Of a DNA stretch of 64,000 bases, positions 1 to 13,388 are shown in pieces. Each line of letters opens with the position of its first letter. The first letter of the stretch is position 1. The position numbers and the translations under genes are program-made. Source of the stretch: Pseudovirgaria hyperparasitica (lineage: Eukaryota); assembly GCA_010093815.1 (NCBI GenBank), contig ML996565.1. One strand, given 5' to 3'. The notes under the pieces are model-generated. The model saw nothing but the letters and a program-made list of their open reading frames with translations, did not search any database and was not told where the DNA came from.

Positions 1-3000
1 TACTTATCGGCGATTAAGGACCTTAGTTAATATAAAGTAATATAGATTTACGTAATCCGATAATAATTCGATCTAATATATAGAGCCTTCTAAATAATAT
101 CGCTATTACTTAAAACTCTTAATAATTATAAGTAGTTTCTAGTCGTACGTATTATAACGCGTCTCTATATCCGCTATTTTATAGGAAAAGAAAGCGACCG
201 GGTACTATTATATCTTATCTTTCGTATCTTTATATGGTTAACTAATAATTCTAGTAATTATAAATTCTAACGCGTTAGTTTCGACCTAAATATACTTCTT
301 AGGATTAAAATACCTAAGAATCGGCGTAGTTATAAAGTAATTCTTTAACGATCGGAACGTATCTCGCGCTTCCGGTATTAACTATATCTTAACCGACTTA
401 GCTTTACGCTATACTCGCCTACCTATAGGGATTTTACCGCTATTCTCTATAAGTTTATTAAGCGGCGCCGTAATTCGTAAGAAGCCTATAATGAATTTAC
501 GATAATAGTTTATAAAACCTATAAATATTCTAATTTAACGTATAGTAGTAGGTTCTAGCTATTCTATAATAGTCTTTACACGCTCCGGCTCTATTTTTAG
601 GCCGCTATATATTATAATAAAGCCGAGAAACCCAACTTCTTATTAGTGAAACTTATATTTAGATAATTTTACGTAGAGTTTATACTACCTTAGACGATTT
701 AGCACCGATTTTACGTGTTCTTTATAATCCTATATACTATTGGAGTAAATTAGTATATTATCGAGATAAACTATATAAATCACGTTAAGTAATCCTATAA
801 GTATAGTGTTAATATATTCTTAAAACGCTCCTAGCGCATTTATTAGCCCGAATGGTATAATAGTATACTTAAAATAACTATATCTAGTCCGAAATACGGT
901 TTTCTACTTATCTCCGTAATGAATTTAAAGCTAGTAATATATATCTCGTAAATCTAGCTTCGTAAAGTACTTTACCTTTATTAATTAGTCTAAAGATTTA
1001 TTAACTAGCGGTAATAGGTAACGATTCTTCTTAGTTACTATATTTAGTACCTAATAGTTAACGTATAGATATAAACTTCCGTCTTTCTTCTTCACGAAGA
1101 GAATAGATACGCTAGCCGATAATATACTATGACGTATCTAGTCTCTTTCGAGGTATTCTTTAATATATTTATAAAGAACTTCGAGTTCTAGTCTTAAAAG
1201 TAGGTAAAGTAGGCTATAAGGGACGTCTACTCCCTCTTTAAGCTTAATCTTTAGCTTATACGGCCCGTGATTAGGGAGAAGTAATATATCTTCTACCGAA
1301 AATATATCCGTATACTACGAATATATATCGGGTAGCGTGTCTTCGCTCTAATTATTACTATCGTCCTTGTCTTTATCGATAATTAATAAGGACGTAAGAT
1401 AGATTAGCGATGATTAGATCCGTATAGCGAGGTTCTATGCCTCCTTACTAATAGTTACGACTTACTAGTATAATTTACTATAGTATTATCGGAATATTAA
1501 TATCTCCTTCTAAAAATCAAGGATGGAGTTTAGGCGTCTAAGCTAAGGTATCCCTAGAATCATATTCTATTAGCTAATATTAGCCACGATAAATTCATTA
1601 GACATCTACTATTTTATTATCTTCGAGTTATGAACTTCGTAATTCGTTATAGCTTTACCTAAAGTTCTAACTTTATATCTATTAACTATAATAGTTCAGC
1701 TAACTTTACTAAGATCGTATAATAATCTATACTCCTTTACGAGAATTAATAAAATATAGTTATCTTCTATACTAGTGTCTACGAGGGCCTATATAGTTTT
1801 ATTACTATTTACTATAGGTAACGATACTTTTAGTAATATTAGATCTTTACTTACCGGAAGGCGCTACGGCTCCTTCTAAGTATATATAATTTAGCTAAGA
1901 ACGCGGTTAGGTCTCGTGTACTAGCCTATTCTTTTTTTAGATTCTTATAGTTAGGCGAAATATATCCTATTTTTCTATACTTATAGTAACGAAGTATACT
2001 ATAATCCTACTATTTTACGATAGATGTTATATTTAAGTCTATACCTTATCCTTTTCCGTGTTAAGAAGTACCGCCTTAATTATTTTAGTATCCTCTTAAC
2101 GCGTTTCTACCCCGATTTATACTCTTCTAGCGCTAATTATAGTAAGGTTACTCTTAATTAAACGTATTCGATCGATCTCGTTTCTAACCTATATAGGGTT
2201 CGTCGGTTTTACCTAGAGAGCCGCGTTCCTTAAGGATGCGGTAGTATTTATTAGCTTTCTCCTCTAATTTATATAGATAGTTAAAACTTAATAATACTAT
2301 TTCTAGTCTTTCACGGATTAATGGAAGTAGTACTTCGCGAAACTAGAATATACGAATATTTTCCTATAGCGTAGGGATATTATCCTATAGGTTTTAGAGG
2401 TATTATAGTAGTTAAGTAGGTGTCTAGTTCGGTCGTTATACTACGCTTCTTAACTTAGATAGTGCCTTTCTTTTACGTTCTCTATCCGTTCCGAGGGTAT
2501 TTAGTATAAATATAGCTAAATATTTCTAGGTTATCGTAGATAGTAGCTATACTTCCTTCTATCTATCCTATTAATCGCGGGATTATAAGTCTAGGTATCG
2601 TTCTCCGAACGAAATGCGTTATACTTTAGTAGAAAAGAGTAGAGGGTTATTAAGGAAGTACTTTTCGTAGTCTCTCTTCTAGTCTTTCTACTCCTTTTAG
2701 TTCTTCTCTATAAATATAGTCGGGTCTTTAGATTTTAGTATACCTAGGGAAGGAGTAGGGTAAATTAGTAACGAAGCGGCCGGGTATACGGTGGATTATC
2801 GTAACTCTAATAGTAGATAAACTAATTCCGCCTAAATTAGTATAGGAAGTCGTCCACCTACTATCGTTTAGCGTAGTTCTTTAAGAGACTCCTTAAGTTC
2901 TTATCTCTTTACGAGGAGTTTCGCGCGTTCTACCTATTCTTTAAGGGTTTAAATCTCTTAAGTCTAATTTGCGACGTATTTCTAAAGTTCGGCGATAGTT

Positions 3001-3501
3001 TATTATAATACCTTACGTGGCTCTACCACGACTCGTTATCCGGCTTTATATTATTAGAAGTTACTCGGTGTATCTACTATTTCTTTATCTAAAAGCTCCG
3101 TAATTTAGTCTAATATTTCTACTTCTTAGTTAGAAACGGCCGGGATTAATACCGATTATAGAGAATCCCTATTATTTAATATAGTATTACTTATCCCTAT
3201 AGTAGATCGTATTAACCTTCTCGGTTCTAGTTAGACTATCTTAACTATAGTACTATATAGGGAGTAATTCGAATATAAGAATAGGGTTATTAGATAGTAG
3301 TATAGTTAGATAGAATAATAGGGTGTATTCTATTATAGAACGAATTACTACTAAACCCTTTTAGTAGGAATCCGAGAGTATATATATAAAGGGACGCCGA
3401 TCTATCTAGCACGTGACTATTTACCGCCCTTCACGTTACCTCCTAACCCTGTTAGCTAAGGTACGTGTAGATTAGGTCCTACCTAAGGCTAAGTCCTAAT
3501 A
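1..3501 (-). mobile_element. RIP-inactivated Ty3/Gypsy LTR retrotransposon (gag-PR-RT-RNaseH; runs off the left edge)
   Basis: Minus-strand translation gives degraded motifs in Gypsy order: zinc-knuckle remnant YYKYRKIGYISPNY (~1950-1995), protease ALVDTS (~1770-1790), RT K*KTVFRTRYSYFKYTIIPFGLINALGAF (~825-910) and YLDNIL (~751-768, from YLDD), RNase H VETNA (~270-288, from ETDAS). Many stops; CpA/TpG depleted and TpA enriched. Confidence 0.93.
3331..3501 (-). repeat. Putative 5' LTR of the Gypsy element
   Basis: Ends read tattatag...gtcctaata, as expected for TGTTA...TAACA termini after RIP; lies upstream of gag; contains a TATA-like run. The partner LTR is outside the window. Confidence 0.45.
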
Positions 3502-4550
3502 CTTACCCTTATAGCTTACCTTATAGCTAGTAGTATCGGATTTAATACTATATTTCTTAGCTAGATTAAGTATCTTTAGCTCGATATCTTAAAATCGTAA
3601 TATATCTCGAGTTAATAAATTATTAATAATATAGTCTATAGTATTAGGTAATAAGATAAGAAAGAATAAACCCTTAACCTCTTTAGATTTAAAAATTAGA
3701 TATATTACTTTTACGACTATATAAGATAAAGTAGCGTATCTTTTTACTATTCGCATCTAGGTATAATAGAAATTATTAATATATTTGCGGATATCTTCTC
3801 CGTCTTTATAGCGGAGATTAGTAAGTAATCTAAATAGATATATTAAAGAACTACCTATATTATAGTTAAAACGTAATAATAGATAACTCTATATAGCTAC
3901 TACTATATTATAGGAAGTAAGACCTATAATAAGATCTTAATATATTAACGAGAGTAATATAATTATTACCTTATTATCCTTTATATCCTAATCTATTATA
4001 TCTATATATAAATCCGTGACTCTAGTACTAAAGGGTCTAATAACCCTACTAGAGACTATTATCTATAATTATATATATTTAAATACGATTATCTAAGCTA
4101 ATCTCTACTTAGGGAAATTCTCTTCTCTTAAAGATAGCTTAGATAGAGAGGAAGGGTTAAGTTTAAAATTAATAGATATAGTTATTAATAAGTTTCTCGG
4201 GTTCCTTCTCTTTCTTTATATAGAACTTATTCCGACTCTTTCTATTTATTATATATTTATAAGGAAGGTAGTAAAGGTAAAAGAGGTAGAAGGACGGTAT
4301 AGAGGATGATATAGAGACTAGAAGTTAATAAGATAGTAGAATTAAAGTAAAACTTTAATAAGATTAATAAGATAACTAAGTTTTAGAGAAGAGACTTACT
4401 TTTATTAAAATATAATAGTTTTTATTAATAAAGAGGTATTTTAAGGCTTTTATAGTAAAGCGCTAGGCTTATAATCCATTATAAGTAGAAAGTAGACGTG
4501 ATTAAGGTTATTAAATATATTCTATAATTATATATAGAGAACTAAGTTCT
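3502..4550. repeat. Heavily RIP-mutated AT-rich relic of unassigned class
   Basis: Same TpA excess and CpA/TpG loss, no ORFs, fairly sharp return to normal composition near 4550. Confidence 0.65.
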
Positions 4551-5061
4551 AGGAGACAGAGTCGAAGCTATTTAACCGTTTAGACACTAGTCCCGTTTAG
4601 GAAGCAGTGTCTCTCACTCAAAGTACCTTCCGACAATACCTATCATCTTACTTCTTTTGCAGACGCTGACCATTCACCAGACTTTTTGGACCACTTACCC
4701 AAAACGAAGAATGATTTGTATAGGACATGTTTGTACAGCCAAACGCGAAAAGGCGAAGTCTTCGGAAAGGAGACGGGATGTCCTGATTAGGAATCCCGCT
4801 ACCCCAGACCCCACCTCATGCGGGGATTGATGTTAAATATCGGCCAGGAACCATAAAGTCTGCAATTGCGCTATCAATGATCTCATGAAGTCCGGTTACT
4901 ATCTACCTCGAGCAATCTTCATATACTAATCTCAGTCCTTTCCAGTGCTGCTACCGCCGCACTCAGCTCTACCACGACATCCCTGTCAGGCCATCACCGG
5001 GAGAAGATACTCACTCACTCACCACCAGAGCAAATCATCGCACAAACATCTCCACGCAATC

Positions 5062-6296
5062 ATGGCAACAGCTGAAGCCACGCCCGCGCCAGCCGCAAAG
5101 GAAACATTCCACCTGATCAACGACCCCTCAGAAGCCATCAACGAAGCCATGTCCGGCCTAACCACGCTCCACCCCACCCTCTCCTATTCCGCAAAGCACA
5201 AAATCACATATCGCAGCGACATCGCAACCTTCAGGGAGAACCACGTCACAACAATCGGATTCGCTGGCGGTGGGCAGTACGTCTCACTCCCAATCCCCAC
5301 CTTTTCCCCCCTTCTATCCCTCCCTCCCTCAGCTCCCTCCCTCCAAACCACAACCCCATCTAACACACCCCCAGCGAACCCATGTTCACCGGCTTCGTCG
5401 GCCCCTCATACCTCACCTGCGCCGTCTCAGGCACAATCTTCGCCTCCCCGACCGCCGCCCAAATCCTCGCCGCCATCGCCCTCTGCCAGCCCCACCCCGC
5501 CACCTCCCCCGGCACCCTCCTCGTCTGCGGCAACTACACAGGCGACATCCTCAATGCCGGACTCGCCGTCACGCGCGCCCAGGCCCTCGGGTACCGCGTC
5601 AGATTCGTTCCTGTCGGCGACGACGTGGCTGTCGGAAGGGCGCAAGGGGGGAGGGTGGGGAGGAGGGGACTGGCGGGGCATCTTGTTGCGTTGAAGGTGG
5701 TGTGTGGGATGGCGGATGAGGGGGTGGGGTTGGAAGAGGTGGGGCGTGTGATGGAGGGTGTTGTGGGGGATGTAGGGACTGTGGGGGTGGGGTTTGATCG
5801 GGTGGGGTTGCCGACGGGGGTTGTTGGGGGACTGCCTGTTTTGCCGGGAGAGACGGTGGAGCTGGGGATGGGAGCGCATGGGGAGCCGGGGCTGGAGAGG
5901 ATGAGTCCTGTGCCGTTGGTGGGGGAGCTGGTGGGGAGGATGGTGGGGTTGTTGACGGATGTGGGGGATGGGGATAGGGGGTTTATCCCGTTTGAGAAGG
6001 CGAGGTATGGGGATGGGGAGGAGGGGGCGGATAATGCGGTTGTGCTGGTTGTGAATTCGCTGGGGAGTACGGGGGATGGGGTGTTGGCGGTGTTTGCGGG
6101 GGAAGGGGTGCGGGAGTTGAGGGGGAGGGGGTTTCGGGTTGAGAGGGTGGTGATGGGGCCGTTGGTGACGAGCTTGAAGATGAGTGGGGTGGGGATGACG
6201 GTTTGGAGGCTGCCGGTTGGGGAGGGGGTGTTGGGTGCTGCTGAGGCGCTGAGGTTGTGGGATCGGAGGGTTGATGTTGTTGCGTGGAGGCAGTAG
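5062..6296 (+). CDS. Dak1 (DhaK) domain-only dihydroxyacetone kinase-like protein; intron 5277-5374
   Basis: Splicing restores GGGHEP.FTGFVG; also GTIFASP, NYTGDILN, GDDVAV..GRRGLAG, ELGMGAHGEPG, VNSLGS, TSL. No Dak2 domain follows. Confidence 0.88.
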
Positions 6297-7894
6297 GTTG
6301 GGAGTGTTGCTGTGGGGTCAAGGGGTGCTTGATGTGTCGTGTTATACATCGGTTCTTGTGGGTTGTGTTGTGCTGGAATGGCAGTAGACTGAGAAAGATC
6401 TCGATGCAAGTGATTCATGAAGCCTATCAGTTGATTAGCTCTTTCGTGCGATTGCACAGCTGGAACAATCGACCTCGCCTAAATTTTAGATTTTTCATAA
6501 CCCCTTTATAGAGCTCAAGGTACAAGTCCCAAACGTTGCACCCGACTCAAGATAGCATTGAACGATAATCGGTATTCTATATGTCAAGGTATGAAGTGAA
6601 ACAAGCCGTTCAAGTCACAATAGCATAAGCGCAGGAGGGCATCATGGAAAGATAAAAACCAACCATTTTTAACATTGAACCTAGTGTTCAAGAATAAAGC
6701 CAAGGCAGATTGGCCAGAGGTTACAGGGTATAAGAAGCGAACTTCCGTAGGATAAATAGATATCATCTTTATCTTTCAGATTTTGTAGATATTCGTTTGC
6801 TCTGCTGTAAAGCGGGGATGGGTCCAAGATTTTGAAACGTTAGAGAACACCAGATCAGGAGGCAGCTATTATGATTGTAATCTTTAGGGCTGGCTAGGAC
6901 GGTGATTCGCATGCATGCATTGTCCGTACAATCTCGTTCAGCTTATGGAACTTGGATGAGCATGAGCACTTGCACGCAGACTCGAAAGTAAGGGACAATG
7001 AATATTGAGAGAGGAATCGGGAATACTTCATAGGAGAATGTTAAAGATACAGATAGGCTAGACTTTCGTTATAGACAGAGAGAACGCTTGAAGTGATATC
7101 ATCTAAACAAAATGTAACGTTATAGGGAGACTAAAGCAATGTTATAGGTATATTTTGAGATCTTCCAACTCACATTCGGGTGTGGTTACGGGCGGCTGGT
7201 CATGCAGACTGGGAATTTTCCTGGATACCAAGAGAGCAGAGGAATGTGAATTAATGAGCAGACTGTTCGACAATGTGTCTGTATATATGGGTAAAAGGTT
7301 GTAGTGGTGGTGTACAGTGATGCAGTTAGTGGTGTGTGGGTAGACAGCTATGAATGCATATCATCTATTTATGTAACTGACATAATTTTTATTGACACCC
7401 TCACATACGCATACGCATGCATGCACAATTGCATATCCCAAACGAAATCCCATTGCATCCGAATCCAGCACCCGGACTACCAAAAAACCTCCGAATCCCC
7501 CCCTCCCCGCAGCCCATCACAACCACCGAAATCCACAACACCAACACACACGCACACCACCATCGCTCTTCTGCCCTACGCATCTTCGATGTAGCAAAAA
7601 GGAAGAGGTTGGGCCATTGCGTCATTTCAACCAGAGATGGCTGGACTAGGCGGTTTGTATATATCTCCGGGCCCGGAGCGGACGGATAGGCTACGCGATG
7701 CGAGACTACGAGGCGCGGAGCGTGGGGGAATGGACAACACATACGTGCGCGCAAGGGATGCGACGGATGATGTAGTTGACCTGTGCTGATCTGCTGTATA
7801 AAGCGGCATTGCGGTGCTGTGCACATATCAGCCCTGTGCATCTCTCGCCTGCCGCTTCTCGACACTCCACGTCCCCTGTCTACACGCACCCGTG

Positions 7895-9194
7895 ATGTAC
7901 TCCTCCATCTCCCTCGCCTCCCTTCTCGCACTTCTCGTCTCCCTCGTGCCATACATAGCTGCACAGGATACGCTGTTCACGGTCAATTGCGCGCCGCTCA
8001 CAACGCAGCGCTCCGACCCGATCCTCGTGCCAGGGGAGGCATCTAGCCACGTGCACACCATAATTGGAGGAACGGCATTTGCACGCACAGAGACGAACGA
8101 AGATGCGGTGCGTGCGGCGGGCACGACGTGTGATAAGAGCTTGGATAACAGCAATTATTGGATTCCGCAGCTGTATCATCAGGGGGAGGGTGGGCAGTTT
8201 GAGCTGGTGCCTATGGCGACGGCGGTGAGTTTTGAGGATAATGATAAAGTGGAAGTGAAGCTGATGGCCGTTGTAGTCGGTGTACTACTTGAATCGCGCG
8301 TGTGACTATGCAAAGGACCGGACCGGATGTGATTACACGCAATACGCGCGTGCGCCGCCAAAGGGGCTGCGGATGATTGCCGGGGACCTCAAGCGACGGT
8401 GAGGAACGCCCCTGAATGTAGTCAAGAAGTCGACTGATATACGGTGTAGCACGTACAACGATAGCGACTTCCGCGAGCGGGCTATGAGCCATGTATGTCT
8501 GCGCGCCAACGGCCAGGAAGATCTACACATCGCAGACCTGCCGAAAGAGCAATGCACGCGGATCCGCAGCCAGGTGTTCTTCCCGAGCTGTTGGGACGGG
8601 GAGAATCTAGACAGCAAGGACCATAAAAGCCATGTAAGTTGCTATCCTGACGTCTTCCTGGGAGGATTTGACACGACTGACGAGTGCAGATGGCGTATCC
8701 GGCACTTGGGGACTACAACATTGGCGTGTGTCCGGAATCGCATCCGGTGGGGATATTCTCGGTCTTCTTCGAGTTCTTCTACGATACGAACGCGGTGAGG
8801 GATTTCAATAGGTATGTGTATGCGATGGGCGACACGACCGGGTATGGGCTGCACGGCGATTTTATCAATGGCTGGACGGACCAGGAGAAGTTGCAGAAGG
8901 CCATGTCTACGTGCACGGGTTCGGATGGTGCGTATAGCTCCACAATGTGTATATTGATACTGACGAGCGGTAGGTATCAACAGTGCGGGTTGCAGCTTGA
9001 AAGTGAATGGGGAGACTGGGCAGGCTACTAGAAAGGACCCCGAGACGCCGGCACCGGATGAGGATGTTGGATTAGATGGACCTATAAAAGCGCTGCCAGG
9101 TGACAATCCAGTGAGCATTTCATCCAGTCCGCGGCATGCCGGAGACTGGAGGCGTCATACGAGACATACGCGCCGTAGCTATAATCAAAGATAG
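7895..9194 (+). CDS. Secreted DUF1996 domain protein (about 4 introns)
   Basis: Signal peptide; RSDPILVPG..SSHVHTIIGG, DNSNYWIPQLY, FFPSCWDGENLDS.DHKSH, GDTTGYGLHGDFINGW. Confidence 0.9.
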
Positions 9195-9410
9195 ACGTTA
9201 ATAACATGTCATCCAGAAGAAACAGAGATGAAATCGTGCCTCAAGTCGTTTATGTTGCTATTATTAGGTTAGATAGCTACTTTGGCTTAGCATGGATTAC
9301 TAATCAGAAACGACGCTAGGTTTCACGCTTGGCGGGTTTCTCCTAGCCATCCTCACACTTCGAACTCGGCGGCATTGTATAAGCGTCTCGACCTTGCGAT
9401 TCCTGTCACT

Positions 9411-11138
9411 ATGGCGAGCTACTCAGAGGCTCCGGTCGCCCAGAAGAGACGGCGTGTGGGCTCGCAGATGAATAAAGGTCGGTCATTGCACCTGTCGCGC
9501 CGCGGATTATTCTGAGTTCACAGCGAATGCTACTAGCAGAGCTACTCGACGGAGCAATCGCAAACGAACCGACAATCAACCCTCCGTAGCAGAAGAGGTC
9601 CGTTTGCTCTATTGTTTTCGCTATCGGAAATATCCAACATGGCGGAGCAGTTTTCGAGCCCACGACAGGCTCAGGAAGGACCTGTCAAGACAAAAAAGTA
9701 CATTCACGATCTCGGAGTTTCATTGATTGAGAAGCCTGCGGAGGATCCTTCTGCACAGGCTGGGAAGCCAAAGCGACGTCGGGAAGACGAAGTCACCCCC
9801 GCTAACATTGCGCTCGAGAGGTCCCCTAAACGTACACGAACGGTTTGGAGGACACTCAGCGACGCTCGAGTTGACTACTGGAGAGAGAACGGGACTTGGC
9901 CAAATCCTGAGCAAGAAGAGACAATGGATCGTTTTCAAGAGCCGATCAAGCCTGCGCTGGCCAAAAAAAAGTCATCAAACTCGCTTCGTCGTAAACGGTC
10001 AGAAGCGAGCATCAACGCGGAAACAATTCTGACACCATCATCGAGTGATCAAGCCCCACGGGAGCTAAAGAGCGCTACATACCGGTATCTTCGTTATGAG
10101 AGCCGGCTCAGCGAGCGCGGTAGCTTCATGGCTAAGTACAAAAATATCAGCGTGGAGAGCAGAGAGCTTTGCCGCAAACTTCTGGAATCGCCGCAAACTC
10201 CCCCAAAACATACATTATTTGACGATGATCTTTTTGAAGAAACTTTGGAATTGATCAAGGGCAGGAATGAGACCAGGATCATTCGTGACATTGCGCAGCT
10301 GATTGTCCCTCCTGCCGAACTTTTAGCAATGCGTGGCTCCAAGCATCTAAAGATTCTCCGAGAGACAACCAACGCCGGCTGGAACAACGCTATCCCATTC
10401 TACGGACCCCGTCCACAACCAGATTACGGTCTGGGATTCAAGCGTCAAGCTTTTACTAAAGAACAACTGCAAAAGCTTCAGCCCTTTATCGGGAACGACA
10501 TGGAAGAATGCTCGTATTTTGCAGCCACAGATGACATGTACTTCCCATTCTTGACCAGCGAAGTGAAGTGCGGAGCATCCGCGCTTGATATTGCTGATCG
10601 ACAAAATGCTCACAGTCAGACTGTCTTATCGCGCGGTCTCTTTGAGCTCTTCCGCCTTGTGGGTCGAGCGAAAGAGCTTGACAACACTATCAGTGGCTTC
10701 TCGTACTCGCACAGTGACGTGGACGTGCGAATTTGGGCACATCTGATTGTCACGAATGGGGACGACGTTAAGTTCTACCGGGAGCCGATTGCGAAATTTG
10801 ACATCGAAAAGACGATACAAGCAGATAATAGATGGATCGCATGGACTGTTACTATGAACATTCTTGATTTGTGGGTGGCTGATCATTTCAGATTGATCTG
10901 TTCCGCTGTAGACATGTTACCCGCAAAGTTGGACTTCGACGTTTCTGAACTCTCGGATTCCGACCGCACACATCCAGAACCAGTGTCATCACAATCAGGA
11001 ATACCCCAACAAGCTAAAGATTGTAGCACGGCTGGTCCTCGAGCCGTCCCGGACGGTTCGCCGGATATTCAACAGATGACTCCCACCACAACCATTCAAT
11101 CGAAGTCTAGTAACTCCAAGAAGAAAAAGACAAAGTAA
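9411..11138 (+). CDS. Fungal PD-(D/E)xK restriction-endonuclease-fold protein (possibly DUF7924-type); two small 5' introns
   Basis: PQPDYGLGF...YFPFLTSEVKC...IADRQNAHS; basic NLS-like runs. Start inferred from ATG 9411 with introns ~9478-9539 and ~9598-9669. Confidence 0.72.
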
Positions 11139-12398
11139 AGGCATTACGCTCTTCATCTGAACCGAATTCACCTGCCATGCTATCATGACATTGATTAGGC
11201 TATGCTCATATGGGTTGCGATATACCGATGGGAAGTAACTACATATGCAAAATACTAGGCCTGTTGAACTACCACTCCGTGCGTCGTACGTGTTGTAATC
11301 CATGAAAATACGTCATACATTATAAGCTGGGACCACATGCCAGGCTGCGTCCGTTGGACAGCACTCCATTACTCCATACTCAAAATCCTGGTCGGTTTGG
11401 TACTCAGTATTCTGAATCATGGAGAGCATCAGCATCTGACGCAGAGCAGCTGCAGCATGACGACGACTGGGGGCATGGTTCGCCAGTTTGAACGCGGGAC
11501 TGTGGGACGCGAGGAACGTTCCATGCATCGAAACCTGCTTTTGTAGTATATCCTCCGTCACTTGTGGTGTGGAGATGCCGTTGCCAAGCGACGTGGTTGT
11601 GTCAGGTGTAAGCGGCTACCTAGGCCGTCTGGGTGGGTACTCTATCCATTATGAAGTCAGTTCGTGAATGTAAGCGAGATGAATAACAGTGGTAAATGCT
11701 CTCTCTCTACTCAGAAGTTCACGAAGAGATGCTCCAGATGATCAAGATGATCAAGATGAAATCGTTCTCTTTAGCTTCCATAAGGCTTCGTCTATGAAGG
11801 AACAGCAAGATATAGCTGGCTCAGACTCGAGTCATAGAGCTAGATGTGTCAGATCTAGCAGCGGTAGCTAATTACAGTTAAAACATGACGCCACGCGTAA
11901 ATAGGCGAAACAACGGGACTGTGGCGCAACGTGTGGTGGTGATGCGAAGTGAATGGTGACGGCAGAAGGAAAACATGGAATGGCTTCCGATGACGATGCG
12001 ATGAGGTCAGATCGCGTCCGCGCTAATCGCAGCGAGGCCCGGCCATTGGTTACGCTCTGAATGCCTCAGGCTTAAATGTGGCGTTGCGGAAGTGGCTGGT
12101 TACACCTTCCCTGCTTGATGGTCAGTTGTGGCGCAAGCTCTATCAACATTCCTGGTCGTAAACAGGTTACAGACGTCGCATTCACTCCACTCGAGCCCAA
12201 TCGCAACACTCTCTGACGTAGCACCGCTGAACCTCACCGTGCACCACAAATACGTACTTAACTACATATACCAGCCTGTCTTCCGCCCAACAGACTGCTA
12301 TCCTCACCAACTCTTCTCTACAAAAACTTTACCGAATCCTCTCATCTTGATCAACTTCCAGACTACCTGAACTCAGACAACACTTCACCCACTTCATC

Positions 12399-13388
12399 AT
12401 GTCTAACATCCTCAATAAGGTCACCACAAAGGCCGAAGAGCTCCTCCACAAGCACAACACCACCAACAACCCTAACACTGCCCATACTGCTACCGGTACC
12501 ACTACAACTACACACGGAACCACAACCACAGCTCCACATACCGGTGCTACACACCAAGGCCACTCTCACGGTGATCCAACCGGCATCTCGTCAACAGGAG
12601 CTGGTTTCGGAACAAACCACGGCACCTCGACCAACGCTGGCCCTCACAACAGCAATGTTGCAAACAAGCTCGACCCGCGCGTAGACTCCGACCGTGACGG
12701 CCGTGCTGCTCACACCGGTACTGGCTACGGCTCTACCCATCAGACTACCGGCACCACAGGTGCGTACGGCGCGAACGAGAATATCCACAGCTCCAACCAC
12801 GGCCCACACAGCTCCAACCTCGCCAACAAGCTCGACCCCCGCGTCGACTCGGACCGTGACGGCAACCGCACTGCTCCAGGAGGTGGTGACCCATCATACG
12901 GTACTCCGGGTGCTCATACAGGTACCTCGCACAGTGGAACTGGTATCGGAGGTGTAGGCCACGGCACTACTCAGCACTCCACCTTTACCCCTGGCACGCA
13001 CACCGGCACGCACACCGGTGCATACGGCAATGAGAACCCCAACAGCACAAACCATGGCCCGCACGGATCTAACCTCATGAACAAAGTCGATCCTCGCGTC
13101 GATTCCGACCGCGATGGAAACCGCACTGCTCCCGGTGGCGGTGACCCCTCGTACGGTGCTCCAGGCGCACACACGGGTAATACATATGGCACTCAGCACG
13201 GTACCACACATGGCGGCAACTCTGGCTTTGGCACGACTGGTACGTCATCGTCCTACACGCCCGGATCTGGCAATGCGTCCAACACTGCTGGTCCGCACGA
13301 CTCGAACCTCCTAAACAAGCTTGATCCTCGCGTTGACTCGGACCGTGATGGATCAAAGACGACTGGCGGAAATGCTACCTACAGGTAG
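12399..13388 (+). CDS. Fungal dehydrin-like DPR-repeat stress protein
   Basis: Four copies of GPHxSNxxNK(L/V)DPRVDSDRDG in a G/T/H-rich hydrophilic single-exon ORF. Confidence 0.9.
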   Translation: MSNILNKVTTKAEELLHKHNTTNNPNTAHTATGTTTTTHGTTTTAPHTGATHQGHSHGDPTGISSTGAGFGTNHGTSTNAGPHNSNVANKLDPRVDSDRDGRAAHTGTGYGSTHQTTGTTGAYGANENIHSSNHGPHSSNLANKLDPRVDSDRDGNRTAPGGGDPSYGTPGAHTGTSHSGTGIGGVGHGTTQHSTFTPGTHTGTHTGAYGNENPNSTNHGPHGSNLMNKVDPRVDSDRDGNRTAPGGGDPSYGAPGAHTGNTYGTQHGTTHGGNSGFGTTGTSSSYTPGSGNASNTAGPHDSNLLNKLDPRVDSDRDGSKTTGGNATYR

